IMG/VR virus record: IMGVR_UViG_3300029984_000001
Span: 62,001 to 126,000 of that record
Direction: 5' to 3' (one strand)
Length of the DNA stretch: 64,000 bases
Shown here: in pieces, positions 10,183-20,919 of the stretch
Numbering within the stretch: the stretch's first letter is position 1
How the letters are laid out: each line of letters opens with the position of its first letter
Notes under the pieces: generated by a model
The model's input: the letters and a program-made list of their open reading frames with translations, nothing else
Database searches by the model: none
Told to the model about the DNA's origin: nothing
Program-made: the position numbers and the translations under genes

Positions 10183-11328
10183 ATGGAAGAAGAAAAATAT
10201 CAATTATATATTAAAGGATTAATATCAAAAAGGATAGATGTAAAAACAGAATCATTATTAAAAACCGAATTTGTGGTTGAGAATGGAGAAGTAAAAAAAA
10301 CCTTTATATCGATAAGACCTAAGGAAAATATATCTATTGTAAATATTTCTGTAAATGGACAAGCATTACAAATAGTAAAAGCTAAAGATTTTAAAATAGT
10401 TTTACCTAAAGAATTTAATATTGAAACGGATGAAAAAAGAATGGACATATTTTTAGGTGAACACTCTATGAGAATATTATTGAATAATAGGTATGTAGAA
10501 TTAATAAGTAATGATGAAATATTATTTGTTTCTATTAAAGATGAAATTGATGATTTAAAAACTATAAAAAATGGAGAAGAAATTTGTATTCCGAGAGTAG
10601 AAACTTGTTTAAAATATAAAGGAAATGGGTGGGATTTGTCAGCAACACTTCATATTGATTTAGAAAATCAGCCTATAGAATTATTTAAACAATTTTATGA
10701 AGAATTAGAACCACCTACATATCAATTAAATCATGTTACATTATTAATGAATCAAAAGATTAATGACATAGTAGCATTAATATCTACTGAAAATTTAATG
10801 TGTATAATGCACGGATTAGTTTATAAAATTAATTCTTATGATATAATCAATGGTTATATACAATTATCTAGATTATCTGTATCTAATTTCGGAAACAATA
10901 TCAAAAGTGAATTAGATAGTCAAGCTATGCATTTTATAGAATTTCTAGATAATAAATACCTATTATTCACTAATATAAATTCTAATATTATATTCAATAA
11001 TATATTATTCGATGATAAATTAGAAATTATAGAAGGAGCACCAAATGTAGATAGAATAATTTCAATATATGAAACATTAGATGTAATGAATTCTGAAATG
11101 ATATCATTTTTAAATGAAGATAAAGAATCCATGGTAGAAATTTTAGATACTATAGTGGCTAAAAAAGTAAATGATATTAAAGAATTATTAGAAGCTGAAG
11201 AAGAATTATCTAAGACAGATTATGTAAAAAACCTTCACTTGATATATAATTATGGTATTCCAAGATTCCCTATAAAGATAAAATCTCAATCTAAATATGT
11301 ATTAGATGAAGTAGAAAAAATTTTATAA
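10183..11328 (+). CDS. hypothetical protein
   Basis: 381 aa ORF, RBS GGAGG. Confidence 0.75.
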   Translation: MEEEKYQLYIKGLISKRIDVKTESLLKTEFVVENGEVKKTFISIRPKENISIVNISVNGQALQIVKAKDFKIVLPKEFNIETDEKRMDIFLGEHSMRILLNNRYVELISNDEILFVSIKDEIDDLKTIKNGEEICIPRVETCLKYKGNGWDLSATLHIDLENQPIELFKQFYEELEPPTYQLNHVTLLMNQKINDIVALISTENLMCIMHGLVYKINSYDIINGYIQLSRLSVSNFGNNIKSELDSQAMHFIEFLDNKYLLFTNINSNIIFNNILFDDKLEIIEGAPNVDRIISIYETLDVMNSEMISFLNEDKESMVEILDTIVAKKVNDIKELLEAEEELSKTDYVKNLHLIYNYGIPRFPIKIKSQSKYVLDEVEKIL

Positions 11329-11332
11329 AATA

Positions 11333-11358
11333 TAAAGGATGGTTTTACCCATCCTTTA
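11333..11358. terminator. bidirectional terminator
   Basis: TAAAGGATGG-ttttac-CCATCCTTTA between convergent genes. Confidence 0.65.
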
Positions 11359-11365
11359 TTTTACC

Positions 11366-11764
11366 TTATTTATCTTTAGTATTATCTTTTAATATCTCAT
11401 CTATTGATTCTTGCAAATTTCCTTTAGATTTACCGATAAATCTAAATAATATTTTTAATATCTGTCCATTAAATATCATCTCCAATATTTTTGTACTGAA
11501 AGCCCCAATTAAAAATAATATTGTAAATGAAAATGTTAATCCAAATTTCTCTATACCATAAGACACTCCTGCCACTAATACACAAGATAAAGTTAATGCA
11601 GTAGGAATCATACTACCTAATTTCATTTTCCTTTTTTTCTTATTATATAGATCATATGATTCCTTTGCATAAACGCCTATTAATATAGGAACGAATGCTA
11701 TAGAGAATTGCAAAATCATGTTTAATGATTGAGATACTATAAGATCGAAGTTCATATTGTTCAT
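11366..11764 (-). CDS. three-TM membrane protein, holin-like
   Basis: Three hydrophobic segments, basic loop; start moved to the Met after GGAGG. Confidence 0.55.
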   Translation of the reverse strand: MNNMNFDLIVSQSLNMILQFSIAFVPILIGVYAKESYDLYNKKKRKMKLGSMIPTALTLSCVLVAGVSYGIEKFGLTFSFTILFLIGAFSTKILEMIFNGQILKILFRFIGKSKGNLQESIDEILKDNTKDK

Positions 11765-11787
11765 ATGGTATAGCACCTCCATTTATA

Positions 11788-12795
11788 TTATCTTTTAATC
11801 AAGTTTTCATCATCTACTTCCACTTCTAAATCAGAAGTTAAATTTTGTATTTTTATACCACAAATAAATATAACTAATGTAAGTGTTATATTAAATATAC
11901 TGTGTAATGTCTCAGTATTTATTTGCATTTCAAAACTTTTTTCTATTGATAAATAATTTACCTCATTCATCATTATAGCATCATACAAAGAAAAACCTTG
12001 CACAATGACTATCTGTCTATTTTCTTGATTGTAAATTCCTAAATTAGTAACCTTTTGATTTCCTAATAAATCGGAATCATCATTTATACGTCTAGGATTT
12101 AAAATCTCATATGTTTTTAGACCATCTTTTCCTTCAGCTTTAAATACTGATTTAAGTCCATCTAATGAAGCAGTTTTTAATTTTATATGATTTATATTTT
12201 CACTAGGTAGATATTCAAAGAATATAGGTTCATCACCTTTATATTGTGTCGATAATTTTTCAAATGCATCATACCCTAATTCATAATTATAATGTTTTTC
12301 TAATTCAGTATCAAATGATCTTTTTTCATCACCACTATCAGACATACAATTTATAGACTTATCATAAAAAATCAAGCCTTTAAGTTTTATGAATAAATTC
12401 TTTTGCCATGTCGATATAGCAAAAAAATCATTATTATCATTATCTTTATTAATAAATTTACCTTTCATATTTTTATCAAAAATATTTAGTAAACTACTGT
12501 CTAAAGACATATTTTCCATATCATACTTTAATAAATCTTTATTAGATCCATAATATGAAGTAGTATCTTTTATTATATTATCTTTTATATAACTAGTTTG
12601 TATATCTGCTTTATTTTGGTTCTCTTTTAGTACAGTTACTACATAATTCCATTCAGTTTCAAATTTTGTCTCTTTAATATTCTGAATATTACTATATGAA
12701 ATGGCTGTAGAGTATAAAGACAGAAAAGATATTAATATTGTTGTAAATAATAAAATGGATATTTGTTTTACTTTTATTTTATCTTTTAATGACAT
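11788..12795 (-). CDS. two-TM membrane protein with large soluble loop
   Basis: TM near both ends, about 265 aa soluble region between; late-type promoter at 12839-12850 (-). Confidence 0.65.
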   Translation of the reverse strand: MSLKDKIKVKQISILLFTTILISFLSLYSTAISYSNIQNIKETKFETEWNYVVTVLKENQNKADIQTSYIKDNIIKDTTSYYGSNKDLLKYDMENMSLDSSLLNIFDKNMKGKFINKDNDNNDFFAISTWQKNLFIKLKGLIFYDKSINCMSDSGDEKRSFDTELEKHYNYELGYDAFEKLSTQYKGDEPIFFEYLPSENINHIKLKTASLDGLKSVFKAEGKDGLKTYEILNPRRINDDSDLLGNQKVTNLGIYNQENRQIVIVQGFSLYDAIMMNEVNYLSIEKSFEMQINTETLHSIFNITLTLVIFICGIKIQNLTSDLEVEVDDENLIKR

Positions 12796-12911
12796 AATAA
12801 ATCCCCCTTTCAATAATCTTAAAATATAGAATCCTCCTTAACTAAATGTTTTGTATTAATCTAGCATAAAATATAGATATGGTTATATTTACCATATCTA
12901 TATAATATTTA

Positions 12912-14150
12912 TTATATATTAAATTTCGATATTATATCTTTTAAAGCCAATACTTCACTCCTTAAACCACCTAATTCTGATTTTAAATTGACGATTTCAT
13001 TCTCATTAAAATTATCATTATCATATTCATCATAGGTAGTCAATGGTAAATTCTTATAAACGACAAATTTAAAAGTAGTCTTATCAGTCACATCCCATGT
13101 ATTTCCTGTGGGTGGTTTAATAAAAGTATTATCTCCAGATATAAAGTAATCTACACTCTCATCTAGTTCTATACCATTCTTAGTTACTTTTAAAGAATCC
13201 TTCTCACTATCAAATCCTGGTATATTAATATTAACATAATTTGTTGGTTTTGTAAAAGTCTCTATATTTTCTATCCTTTTTACTAATCTCTTTCTATTAG
13301 AGAATAACACTTTCCATTCCTGAGTATTAAAACACCATTCTTTTATTTCTCCATATGTTGTATTTATCATCAAATCTTTATCTTGTCTTAAATCTAAAGC
13401 AAGATCATTAGCTCCTTTAAATATCCTAACTCCATTTATAGATTCACAATCTAAAGAGCTATCTGATAAAGTTTCTGCATATACAAATATAAAAGTAACC
13501 ACATCATCTTTTTTATTAGCATCAATAATAGAATCACTAAGTATTAATTGATCTTTTCCTAGAGCATATACATCTATGTCTAATTTCTCTTTTCTTAATA
13601 TGACTAATATCGGAAAAGTATATATATCGTAGTTTGGTATAGGATATGGAATATCTATTAGTTTTTGTTTATCATACTTCAATTGTACATGCTTAGTGTC
13701 ACATCTCAATATAACTTTAGAACCTTTTTTCATTAGAGACTCTATATTAGATTGTAAAGTAGAACCATCATTCATATATATATATTGAGCTAATGTTTTA
13801 GGTGCATATTTGATTCCATTGTTTTCTATTACCATAGGGATTAACTCTTCTGCTGATATAATTAAATCTTGTACAGTTTCAAAATCTATTATATTTAACC
13901 AACCTAAATCATTATAATATCTATACATCTGATTATCATTTACTACAATATATATTATATTCTCTTGTGGTGTAGAATTTAATCTATCAGAATCTGTTAT
14001 ATATTGTCTAGTACAAGATAAACTAAATCTAAGTTTATTATCAATATCATATACAACATTTTTAGTGTCAGTTGCATATATTAATTGATTTTGTTTTAAT
14101 TTAATTGAATTAAAATTAAGATATAATGATTTTATCAATGTAATTTCCAT
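12912..14150 (-). CDS. virion structural (tail/baseplate-associated) protein
   Basis: Repeated IP..D...D.L.V..NG....DY.IS domain shared with 14165, 21871 and 27819. Confidence 0.6.
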   Translation of the reverse strand: MEITLIKSLYLNFNSIKLKQNQLIYATDTKNVVYDIDNKLRFSLSCTRQYITDSDRLNSTPQENIIYIVVNDNQMYRYYNDLGWLNIIDFETVQDLIISAEELIPMVIENNGIKYAPKTLAQYIYMNDGSTLQSNIESLMKKGSKVILRCDTKHVQLKYDKQKLIDIPYPIPNYDIYTFPILVILRKEKLDIDVYALGKDQLILSDSIIDANKKDDVVTFIFVYAETLSDSSLDCESINGVRIFKGANDLALDLRQDKDLMINTTYGEIKEWCFNTQEWKVLFSNRKRLVKRIENIETFTKPTNYVNINIPGFDSEKDSLKVTKNGIELDESVDYFISGDNTFIKPPTGNTWDVTDKTTFKFVVYKNLPLTTYDEYDNDNFNENEIVNLKSELGGLRSEVLALKDIISKFNI

Positions 14151-14164
14151 ATATTAACCTCCTT

Positions 14165-16675
14165 TTATATTTTCCAAATATCATAGTATGGGTAAAGACC
14201 ATAATGTGTATAATCTTGATCAATTATATAAGATGTATTGGATATATAATTATAAGTATCGATATAACTGATCACACCATTATCAATTTCGCCTATAAAT
14301 CGATGTATCTCGCTTTTAAAACTACCTGTTACCGAATCGTATACTAATATAGTACGTTCACTATTGGTTGCTATCCATATATCAATTTGTATAGATATTG
14401 TTGTATGACCAGTATTATACATCAAAGAATAATATTCATCTTTTGATAATACTTTATTATTAAAAATATTAAAATATTTATCAGTATTACTGGAATTTAT
14501 ACCTATGGCATATGCACTTGTTATAACACTGTAGTTATATATAGTATTAATTTCATTATAATATACAGAAGTATCTTTTTTATAACCATGTATGCCCATA
14601 TAGCTTATAAATTCTAAAGGATTATTACATAAATTGGTTGAATTAGCAACAATATAATCATTAGATGGATATGGTAAATGTATATTAGAACCAGAATCAC
14701 TTGCTTTATATTGATATGAATAAATTTCTTTATCTAATAACATATCATATATTTTATATTCAAATTTTTCAATTTGTTTGTTATCACTAGAAGATTTAGC
14801 ATCGTGATTATATCTATAGTCATACATTATATTAATAAATCTATCTCCATAAGGGGAATTAATAACAGAAACATTAAAAGAATCAGTACTATCTGTACTA
14901 GTATATTCAGTATATCTACCAGCGATATGTGGAGCTGTTGGTGCACCATATAATGCTAATATTTCGTTTCCAGATGATAATGAATATTTAGTAAATCTAC
15001 TTATAGTAGGTAAAACTGTTGTTGTTAATGAAATATCTAGACCAGTATCATCATAATGAAGCGTTGGAGTTTCATCTGCTCTTGTGGTACATTTCATATA
15101 TATAATATCATCTTTTATAGAAATAATCTCTGGTCCAATTCCCACATTACTATTGCCCCACGTTGTATCACTTTCAGGTATTGTAGATTTATATGTTAAA
15201 GATAAATCACTATTTACTGAATATATCTCAAATCTATATGGTATAGCAATTTCGCAACCTTTTCCTGTAGATGAATATGAATATAAATTACTATAAAAAT
15301 TGTTTAGGTTAGCCAAAGCTTTTATTAGATATAATTTATTATTAACAGCATCTAATATTAGATAATTATCATTATAAAAATCAGATGTTCGCTGTTTTGA
15401 ATGTCCTTTTGAATCATACCCATATGTATATAGTTCAGTTGTAGCATGTCCCACTCCATCGTAAAAATCTCTTACAAATACATTATTTGTTTTATTGAAT
15501 AACTTAGTACCATAAATCCAATATCCATTCCATTCTTTTAGTGTATTGTCTATCGTTATTGGTCTAGCTTTATTTCTATAACCAGATCCTAAAAAAGTTT
15601 CCTTTTTCTTTTTACAATCTAATAAATATAAATTTTCATCATGTACTACATATACTTGAGCATAATTTTTAATTCGAACAATCTGAGGTACACCACTACA
15701 CGCTATGCTAGTAATCCAAGTGGGATTTTTTGGATTAGGGTCAGTGACTACATCACTATTACCTAAACGATTACTAGCCTTGTAAAAAAAATAGCTACCA
15801 TACTTTAATAAAGTTATCGGAATATAAGGTTTTAAATCTCCTGCAACTATATCATCTTCCCCTTGTTTGATTCTAACATTACCCCATCCATTTACATTAA
15901 CAGTAGGTAATTCTCCACATTCAACATTTAAAACTATTTTTATCTCCATACCATCATAATAAGTCTGTACTCCTGGTATATCAATTGTGACATTATAATT
16001 AATATTTGTACTGGTTGCATTACATACACCAAATAGATCTCCCAGTATAGCTTTTTCGTAGGCTGTCTTAACAGCTTTAGGAGTAGAAGCCATAGTTTCA
16101 TTTGTTGATGATACACTACTTGATAGTTGTACTATACCTTCTACAGATAAACTGGCTTTGTTTATAACTGTTTGTAGTGATTGAATAAATGTATTACTCA
16201 TAGATGAATAATTTATAGAACCAGCTTTAATTACTTTACCATCTATTGTATAATTTTTTTCCAGTTCATTAATAAATAGAGACATAAATCTGGAATCCAT
16301 TGCTGAGAATGGAATAGTGCCGTCATATATCAATTTACCATCTATCCTAACATTATCTAAAAGTATAGCTTTAAACACTACAAAATCAAATATAAGAGGA
16401 ATTGCACCTGTACCTTTCCATGTTTTTCCTGTTAATGATTCTATATATCCACTATCTGTACTTATTGTATAATCGTTTATATACTCAATATAAGACCCAT
16501 TTACATGAACCATTAGAAGGTCTATATTTTTATTATACAATGGAATATCGATTACAACCTTACTCACTTCTGTTGTTATAGTTTTACTCTTCTTAAGAAA
16601 ACCAATGCCACCTTGAGTGCTTTTTATGATTTTTTGAAGTGAATCACTACAATCTTCTATTTGTAATTTTCCCAT
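14165..16675 (-). CDS. tail fibre / receptor-binding protein
   Basis: Phage tail-fibre repeat ASLSVEGIVQLSSSVSSTNETMASTPKAVKTAY; Tyr/Ser/Asn-rich C-terminus; late promoter 16705-16716 (-). Confidence 0.8.
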   Translation of the reverse strand: MGKLQIEDCSDSLQKIIKSTQGGIGFLKKSKTITTEVSKVVIDIPLYNKNIDLLMVHVNGSYIEYINDYTISTDSGYIESLTGKTWKGTGAIPLIFDFVVFKAILLDNVRIDGKLIYDGTIPFSAMDSRFMSLFINELEKNYTIDGKVIKAGSINYSSMSNTFIQSLQTVINKASLSVEGIVQLSSSVSSTNETMASTPKAVKTAYEKAILGDLFGVCNATSTNINYNVTIDIPGVQTYYDGMEIKIVLNVECGELPTVNVNGWGNVRIKQGEDDIVAGDLKPYIPITLLKYGSYFFYKASNRLGNSDVVTDPNPKNPTWITSIACSGVPQIVRIKNYAQVYVVHDENLYLLDCKKKKETFLGSGYRNKARPITIDNTLKEWNGYWIYGTKLFNKTNNVFVRDFYDGVGHATTELYTYGYDSKGHSKQRTSDFYNDNYLILDAVNNKLYLIKALANLNNFYSNLYSYSSTGKGCEIAIPYRFEIYSVNSDLSLTYKSTIPESDTTWGNSNVGIGPEIISIKDDIIYMKCTTRADETPTLHYDDTGLDISLTTTVLPTISRFTKYSLSSGNEILALYGAPTAPHIAGRYTEYTSTDSTDSFNVSVINSPYGDRFINIMYDYRYNHDAKSSSDNKQIEKFEYKIYDMLLDKEIYSYQYKASDSGSNIHLPYPSNDYIVANSTNLCNNPLEFISYMGIHGYKKDTSVYYNEINTIYNYSVITSAYAIGINSSNTDKYFNIFNNKVLSKDEYYSLMYNTGHTTISIQIDIWIATNSERTILVYDSVTGSFKSEIHRFIGEIDNGVISYIDTYNYISNTSYIIDQDYTHYGLYPYYDIWKI

Positions 16676-16756
16676 AAATATATTCTCCTTTCAAAGTTAA
16701 TTTTTACTAATATGTTCAAAATCCATAAAATAATGAGGGTTATAAACCCTCATTTA

Positions 16757-17206
16757 TTATTCTTTAATAAAATCACTAAATACTTTTTTAAATATATGAT
16801 TAAGTAATGAATATATTTTTTGATCTTGGAATACCAGATTCTCTATATTTTCATTTAAAGAGTGTTCCAAATAATATATATTATTTGTTGATAAATCTTT
16901 AATCCTTAGGTTCATCATCCATGATATCTTATCTATATCTAGTCTTATAGAATATTCTTTATCGTCTATATATATTATGTTTTTTAATTTTAGATTACTT
17001 CTTATATGAATATCTCCTATATTAATATTATGATTATGATATTCTAATAATATAAATAGATTTTCGAAAGATAATTGTAAATTATTTATATACTTATATT
17101 TGTATTTAAATATATACATTATTCTTATATAAAGTTTTTTGATAAAATTAAATTTTAAATTCCTTGTATTAAATATTAGAGTAGTTTTAGCAAACCAAAT
17201 ATTCAT
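16757..17206 (-). CDS. hypothetical protein
   Basis: ORF track; overlapping stop/start operon. Confidence 0.6.
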   Translation of the reverse strand: MNIWFAKTTLIFNTRNLKFNFIKKLYIRIMYIFKYKYKYINNLQLSFENLFILLEYHNHNINIGDIHIRSNLKLKNIIYIDDKEYSIRLDIDKISWMMNLRIKDLSTNNIYYLEHSLNENIENLVFQDQKIYSLLNHIFKKVFSDFIKE

Positions 17207-17514
17207 TATATTTTGTATACCTCCCTTAATTGAATTATTTGATTGAACCTCTTATCTATTAATTTATTAAGTTCTTTATTTTTACTTTTATAAGTAAAAT
17301 TACTATTAACTACATATTTGAGTATATGATTATTATGTACATCTGTAAAATTAATTTTGAAATAAGTGTCATTATGACAAATCTCTAGAATATTATATTG
17401 GTCAAATAATATCAAAGTAGAAGGTTCTGAATATACAATACCTTTTTCAGATTGTATATTCATATCCTTTACATATTTTATTATAGTATTAAATTCTTCT
17501 AAATTATATTGCAT
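17206..17514 (-). CDS. hypothetical protein
   Basis: ORF track; translational coupling. Confidence 0.6.
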   Translation of the reverse strand: MQYNLEEFNTIIKYVKDMNIQSEKGIVYSEPSTLILFDQYNILEICHNDTYFKINFTDVHNNHILKYVVNSNFTYKSKNKELNKLIDKRFNQIIQLREVYKI

Positions 17515-17951
17515 TAAAGATTTATTAGATCCTTATATATTGTACTAGAAGAATATTCATCAGTTTTCTCATCATAATTTATACAGAAGTAAGGATCTTT
17601 TATATAATCAGTAAATACTGTTAGAGCAAGTGGATGTTTGTCTATAATTATACCATCGAATTTAACATTATATTTCATCTCTTTATAACCGTTTTCATCT
17701 TTAATAGAATGTCCAGAGAATGTACAACCATTAAATGTATCTATGTATCTACATAATAAGAATTGATCTGTAATTATAAATATGTAATCATTTGCCAAAA
17801 CATTTAACAATAATATTTCAGTTTGCAGATCTTTATCTTCTTCTATTTTTCTTGATAATATTTCTAATCTCTTCTTGATAGTATTTCTAGATTCCTCTCT
17901 ATTTAATTCGATAATTTCCCTTTTCTTATTTAATAACCCTTTAATATTCAT
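17514..17951 (-). CDS. hypothetical protein
   Basis: ORF track; RBS GGAGAG. Confidence 0.65.
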   Translation of the reverse strand: MNIKGLLNKKREIIELNREESRNTIKKRLEILSRKIEEDKDLQTEILLLNVLANDYIFIITDQFLLCRYIDTFNGCTFSGHSIKDENGYKEMKYNVKFDGIIIDKHPLALTVFTDYIKDPYFCINYDEKTDEYSSSTIYKDLINL

Positions 17952-17993
17952 TTAATCTCTCTCCATTCATTTTTTTATTTAGGCTTGTCCAAT

Positions 17994-18734
17994 TTATTTG
18001 TTATGATAACTAGATAAATCTCTCCTCATTAATCCAACCTTTCCTATAGTCATATCGTATAATCTATTATAACAAACATCCTCATTTTGAATATATTCAG
18101 ATTGTCCTAAATAATTAAAGTATACCACAGGTTCAAAATATGATATTACTGAATACATTTCATTCTTTATCATAACAGTAACTTTTCTTTTTTCTAAATC
18201 TATAGACTTAATATATCCAATCTCTTTACTCATATCTATAGTCATTGTTTTTTCAATATTATATGAATTATCATAAGGAAATTCTATTTTAAACATGTTT
18301 GTTTGTAATAATTCTTTAATCCTTGGATTGTCTAAACTTTTTTCTAACTCTTCTTTAGATAATAATCTATAATTTCTATCTATAACAGGTTTCCATGCTA
18401 AATCCAATTCTAATTCTTGATATCTTTTATTGATACTATTTAAATGTGATAATATTTCTTTAGCTTTTAAATTTATAACCTCACCAGTCACTGGTAATCC
18501 ATTAAATTCTATTGAAATTTCCTTAGTATCTTTATTATCTATATTAATTTCAAAAGATTCAACTGTAACTTTATTGTTTGGAATTGGAAACTCATATTTC
18601 ATTTTAGGACACTCCTCTTTTATAATTTTTATAATATCTTCTACTGCCTTTTTATTATTATTATCCCCGCAATTTGAAAAATCATATATAATATCAGATG
18701 ATGTTTCTTTTGAAATCTCTTTATCGTTCTCCAT
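17994..18734 (-). CDS. hypothetical protein
   Basis: 246 aa ORF, RBS GGAGG. Confidence 0.7.
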   Translation of the reverse strand: MENDKEISKETSSDIIYDFSNCGDNNNKKAVEDIIKIIKEECPKMKYEFPIPNNKVTVESFEINIDNKDTKEISIEFNGLPVTGEVINLKAKEILSHLNSINKRYQELELDLAWKPVIDRNYRLLSKEELEKSLDNPRIKELLQTNMFKIEFPYDNSYNIEKTMTIDMSKEIGYIKSIDLEKRKVTVMIKNEMYSVISYFEPVVYFNYLGQSEYIQNEDVCYNRLYDMTIGKVGLMRRDLSSYHNK

Positions 18735-19005
18735 TATTTTTTACCTCCAATCCATTTATTTTTAATTTACCATTTATTGGTTTATAATCTCCTAGAAATT
18801 TAAATCTTTCAAATGTACAAATACTAGGCATATGAATTGGTGAATCTCGCATTCTCATTTCATTTGAAATATAGAATTGATAATCATACATTCTATATTG
18901 TATTTTATTTAAAATATTTTTTAAAACTTTTATATGTATTTTCTTACCTAATAATTTAATACAGAATATTTTATATATTCCTATAATTTTATATTTTGAA
19001 TTCAT
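18721..19005 (-). CDS. hypothetical protein
   Basis: ORF track. Confidence 0.5.
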   Translation of the reverse strand: MNSKYKIIGIYKIFCIKLLGKKIHIKVLKNILNKIQYRMYDYQFYISNEMRMRDSPIHMPSICTFERFKFLGDYKPINGKLKINGLEVKNNGER

Positions 19006-19021
19006 ATTTACAATATTAATA

Positions 19022-19759
19022 TCAATTCCTCCTTAATAAATACTCTTTATACATATTTTCAGTTATGATTCTATTATAATAAGTATGTACTGTAGAAAAG
19101 AAAGTAGTTTCACATTGATTAATAAAATCTAAATGAAATTTATCATGTAATAAATCTAAAGTATATTCTGTATATTCCACTTTCTTTTTACTTACTTGGA
19201 GTATTATACATCCTCCTAATTCTATACCTTTTACAAATTTAAGCATATATCTATAAGCAGCCAGTTGCATGAAGTATTTATAACCTATTTGATTACTTGT
19301 TTTAAAGTCTACTAAATAAACCACATCATTTATTTTACAGAGCATATCTAATGTACCACCACAATAAGCACAGGTTAATCTTTCTTCCATAGATATTATT
19401 TCTATTTTATTATGAGAAGTCATATCATTATACCACATTTCAAAGGATTTAATACCATTATCTATTTTCTTTATATTAGTATCATCAAAATCTTTTATAT
19501 CACCTATATTATAATCACCAGTTTCTACATACTTCTCTATACCATTATGAGTTTGTGTTCCTAGATAAGCAGCTTTATCTCTTTCATCTGTATATTTTCT
19601 TCTTTGATATAATCCTATATTATTAGCCCACTTCATAAGATACTCTTCATGTATAAGAGATAATATGTGTGTAACCCTAGGTACATTAATTCCATTATAA
19701 GTGTAATGATCTGAATCTATTACATCTTTATTTAAATTATCTAATAATTTATTTATCAT
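19022..19759 (-). CDS. PD-(D/E)xK (Cas4/RecB-like) exonuclease
   Basis: PRVTHIL, GTQTH, GTLDML, LVDFKTS, QLAAY motifs; start moved to MINK after GAGGAG. Confidence 0.85.
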   Translation of the reverse strand: MINKLLDNLNKDVIDSDHYTYNGINVPRVTHILSLIHEEYLMKWANNIGLYQRRKYTDERDKAAYLGTQTHNGIEKYVETGDYNIGDIKDFDDTNIKKIDNGIKSFEMWYNDMTSHNKIEIISMEERLTCAYCGGTLDMLCKINDVVYLVDFKTSNQIGYKYFMQLAAYRYMLKFVKGIELGGCIILQVSKKKVEYTEYTLDLLHDKFHLDFINQCETTFFSTVHTYYNRIITENMYKEYLLRRN

Positions 19760-20180
19760 TAATATATTTCTCCTCATATAATTTAATAATAGTTTTACAT
19801 ATTTTTTCAAATATTTCTTTATTATTTTCGTTTAAATATTTCACTTTATAACTACATCTAGGACCAGAACAAAATTCTAAAATAAATGTAATATTTTGAT
19901 TTGTTATAATAGCTTGTTCTGTAATTCCTATAGGAATAGTACTATTGTAATGAGATGGTATGGGTGCAGGCACAACATTTGATTTTACAAGCCATTTCTC
20001 ATTATCTACAAATATCTCTTTAAATATTGTATTGTCATCCCCATAATTATATAATGAGAATATAATAAAATTTAATGTCATAACATCGAAATCTTCTGGA
20101 TTATCTTCAGTTTTATACTCTTTATAAAAATATTCTGTTAGTCCTAATATTGTATTATATGTATTTTTATCTATACTCAT
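19749..20180 (-). CDS. hypothetical protein
   Basis: ORF track, RBS AAGGAG. Confidence 0.7.
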   Translation of the reverse strand: MSIDKNTYNTILGLTEYFYKEYKTEDNPEDFDVMTLNFIIFSLYNYGDDNTIFKEIFVDNEKWLVKSNVVPAPIPSHYNSTIPIGITEQAIITNQNITFILEFCSGPRCSYKVKYLNENNKEIFEKICKTIIKLYEEKYINDK

Positions 20181-20193
20181 ATATTATATCTCC

Positions 20194-20820
20194 TTATTTA
20201 CTCATAAAATTAAACTTTATAAAAGTTACTCTAGCTTCACCAGCATCTGAAATAGTTATTTCTATATTATATCCTATAGTAGAAATATAATTGAATATTT
20301 TATTATAATCGTAACTACCATTTGATCCGCAACTATATGATAATTCTTTAACTTCAATTTCTATCCCTTTTTTATATAATACAGATTTCTTAATCTGAAC
20401 TATTAATTCATTTGTCTGTATATCTATAATATCTTTTTCAGTTATCTTATCAGGATTAATACCTGTTGGTCTAATGTCGCATTTATCTTTTTCATCATAA
20501 TTATCAAAATGTCTTCTATAATCAGGACAATGATACTCACTATAATCTACATCTTTATTTTCTCTATCAAAAAAGTATTTAGTACAATTAATTTCAAGAT
20601 AATATTTAATAGTATCTTCAGTATAAGCTATTATTAAACCTTCTGATTCTAATGAGCTTAATAATGTAGCTATTTGTAATTCTTCATTCTTTTCCAAAGC
20701 TAATTTATAGACTGGTTGTTGAGTTAGAGCTGCTGGTAATTTATTACCAAAATATTTACTTTTTTCATCTTCAATTAACTCTAACGTTCTCTTTAATATA
20801 TTCTCTGTATATAGGTTCAT
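20194..20820 (-). CDS. hypothetical protein
   Basis: ORF track, RBS AAGGAGG. Confidence 0.75.
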   Translation of the reverse strand: MNLYTENILKRTLELIEDEKSKYFGNKLPAALTQQPVYKLALEKNEELQIATLLSSLESEGLIIAYTEDTIKYYLEINCTKYFFDRENKDVDYSEYHCPDYRRHFDNYDEKDKCDIRPTGINPDKITEKDIIDIQTNELIVQIKKSVLYKKGIEIEVKELSYSCGSNGSYDYNKIFNYISTIGYNIEITISDAGEARVTFIKFNFMSK

Positions 20821-20882
20821 TTTAATTCCTCCTTAAATAATTTACTATAAAGTTGTACTATTGCTAAGTATTTACAATATTG

Positions 20883-20894
20883 AACATTTAGATA
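20883..20894 (+). promoter_or_regulatory. AR9-type late promoter AACA-N6-TA
   Basis: AACAtttagaTA upstream of 20920. Confidence 0.65.
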
Positions 20895-20919
20895 ATTATA
20901 AATTAAAGGAGGTTATTTT

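Noticed and set aside
19022-19759. Cas4 as part of a CRISPR system
   Set aside because: No array or other cas genes, and no Fe-S cysteine set; stand-alone phage exonuclease
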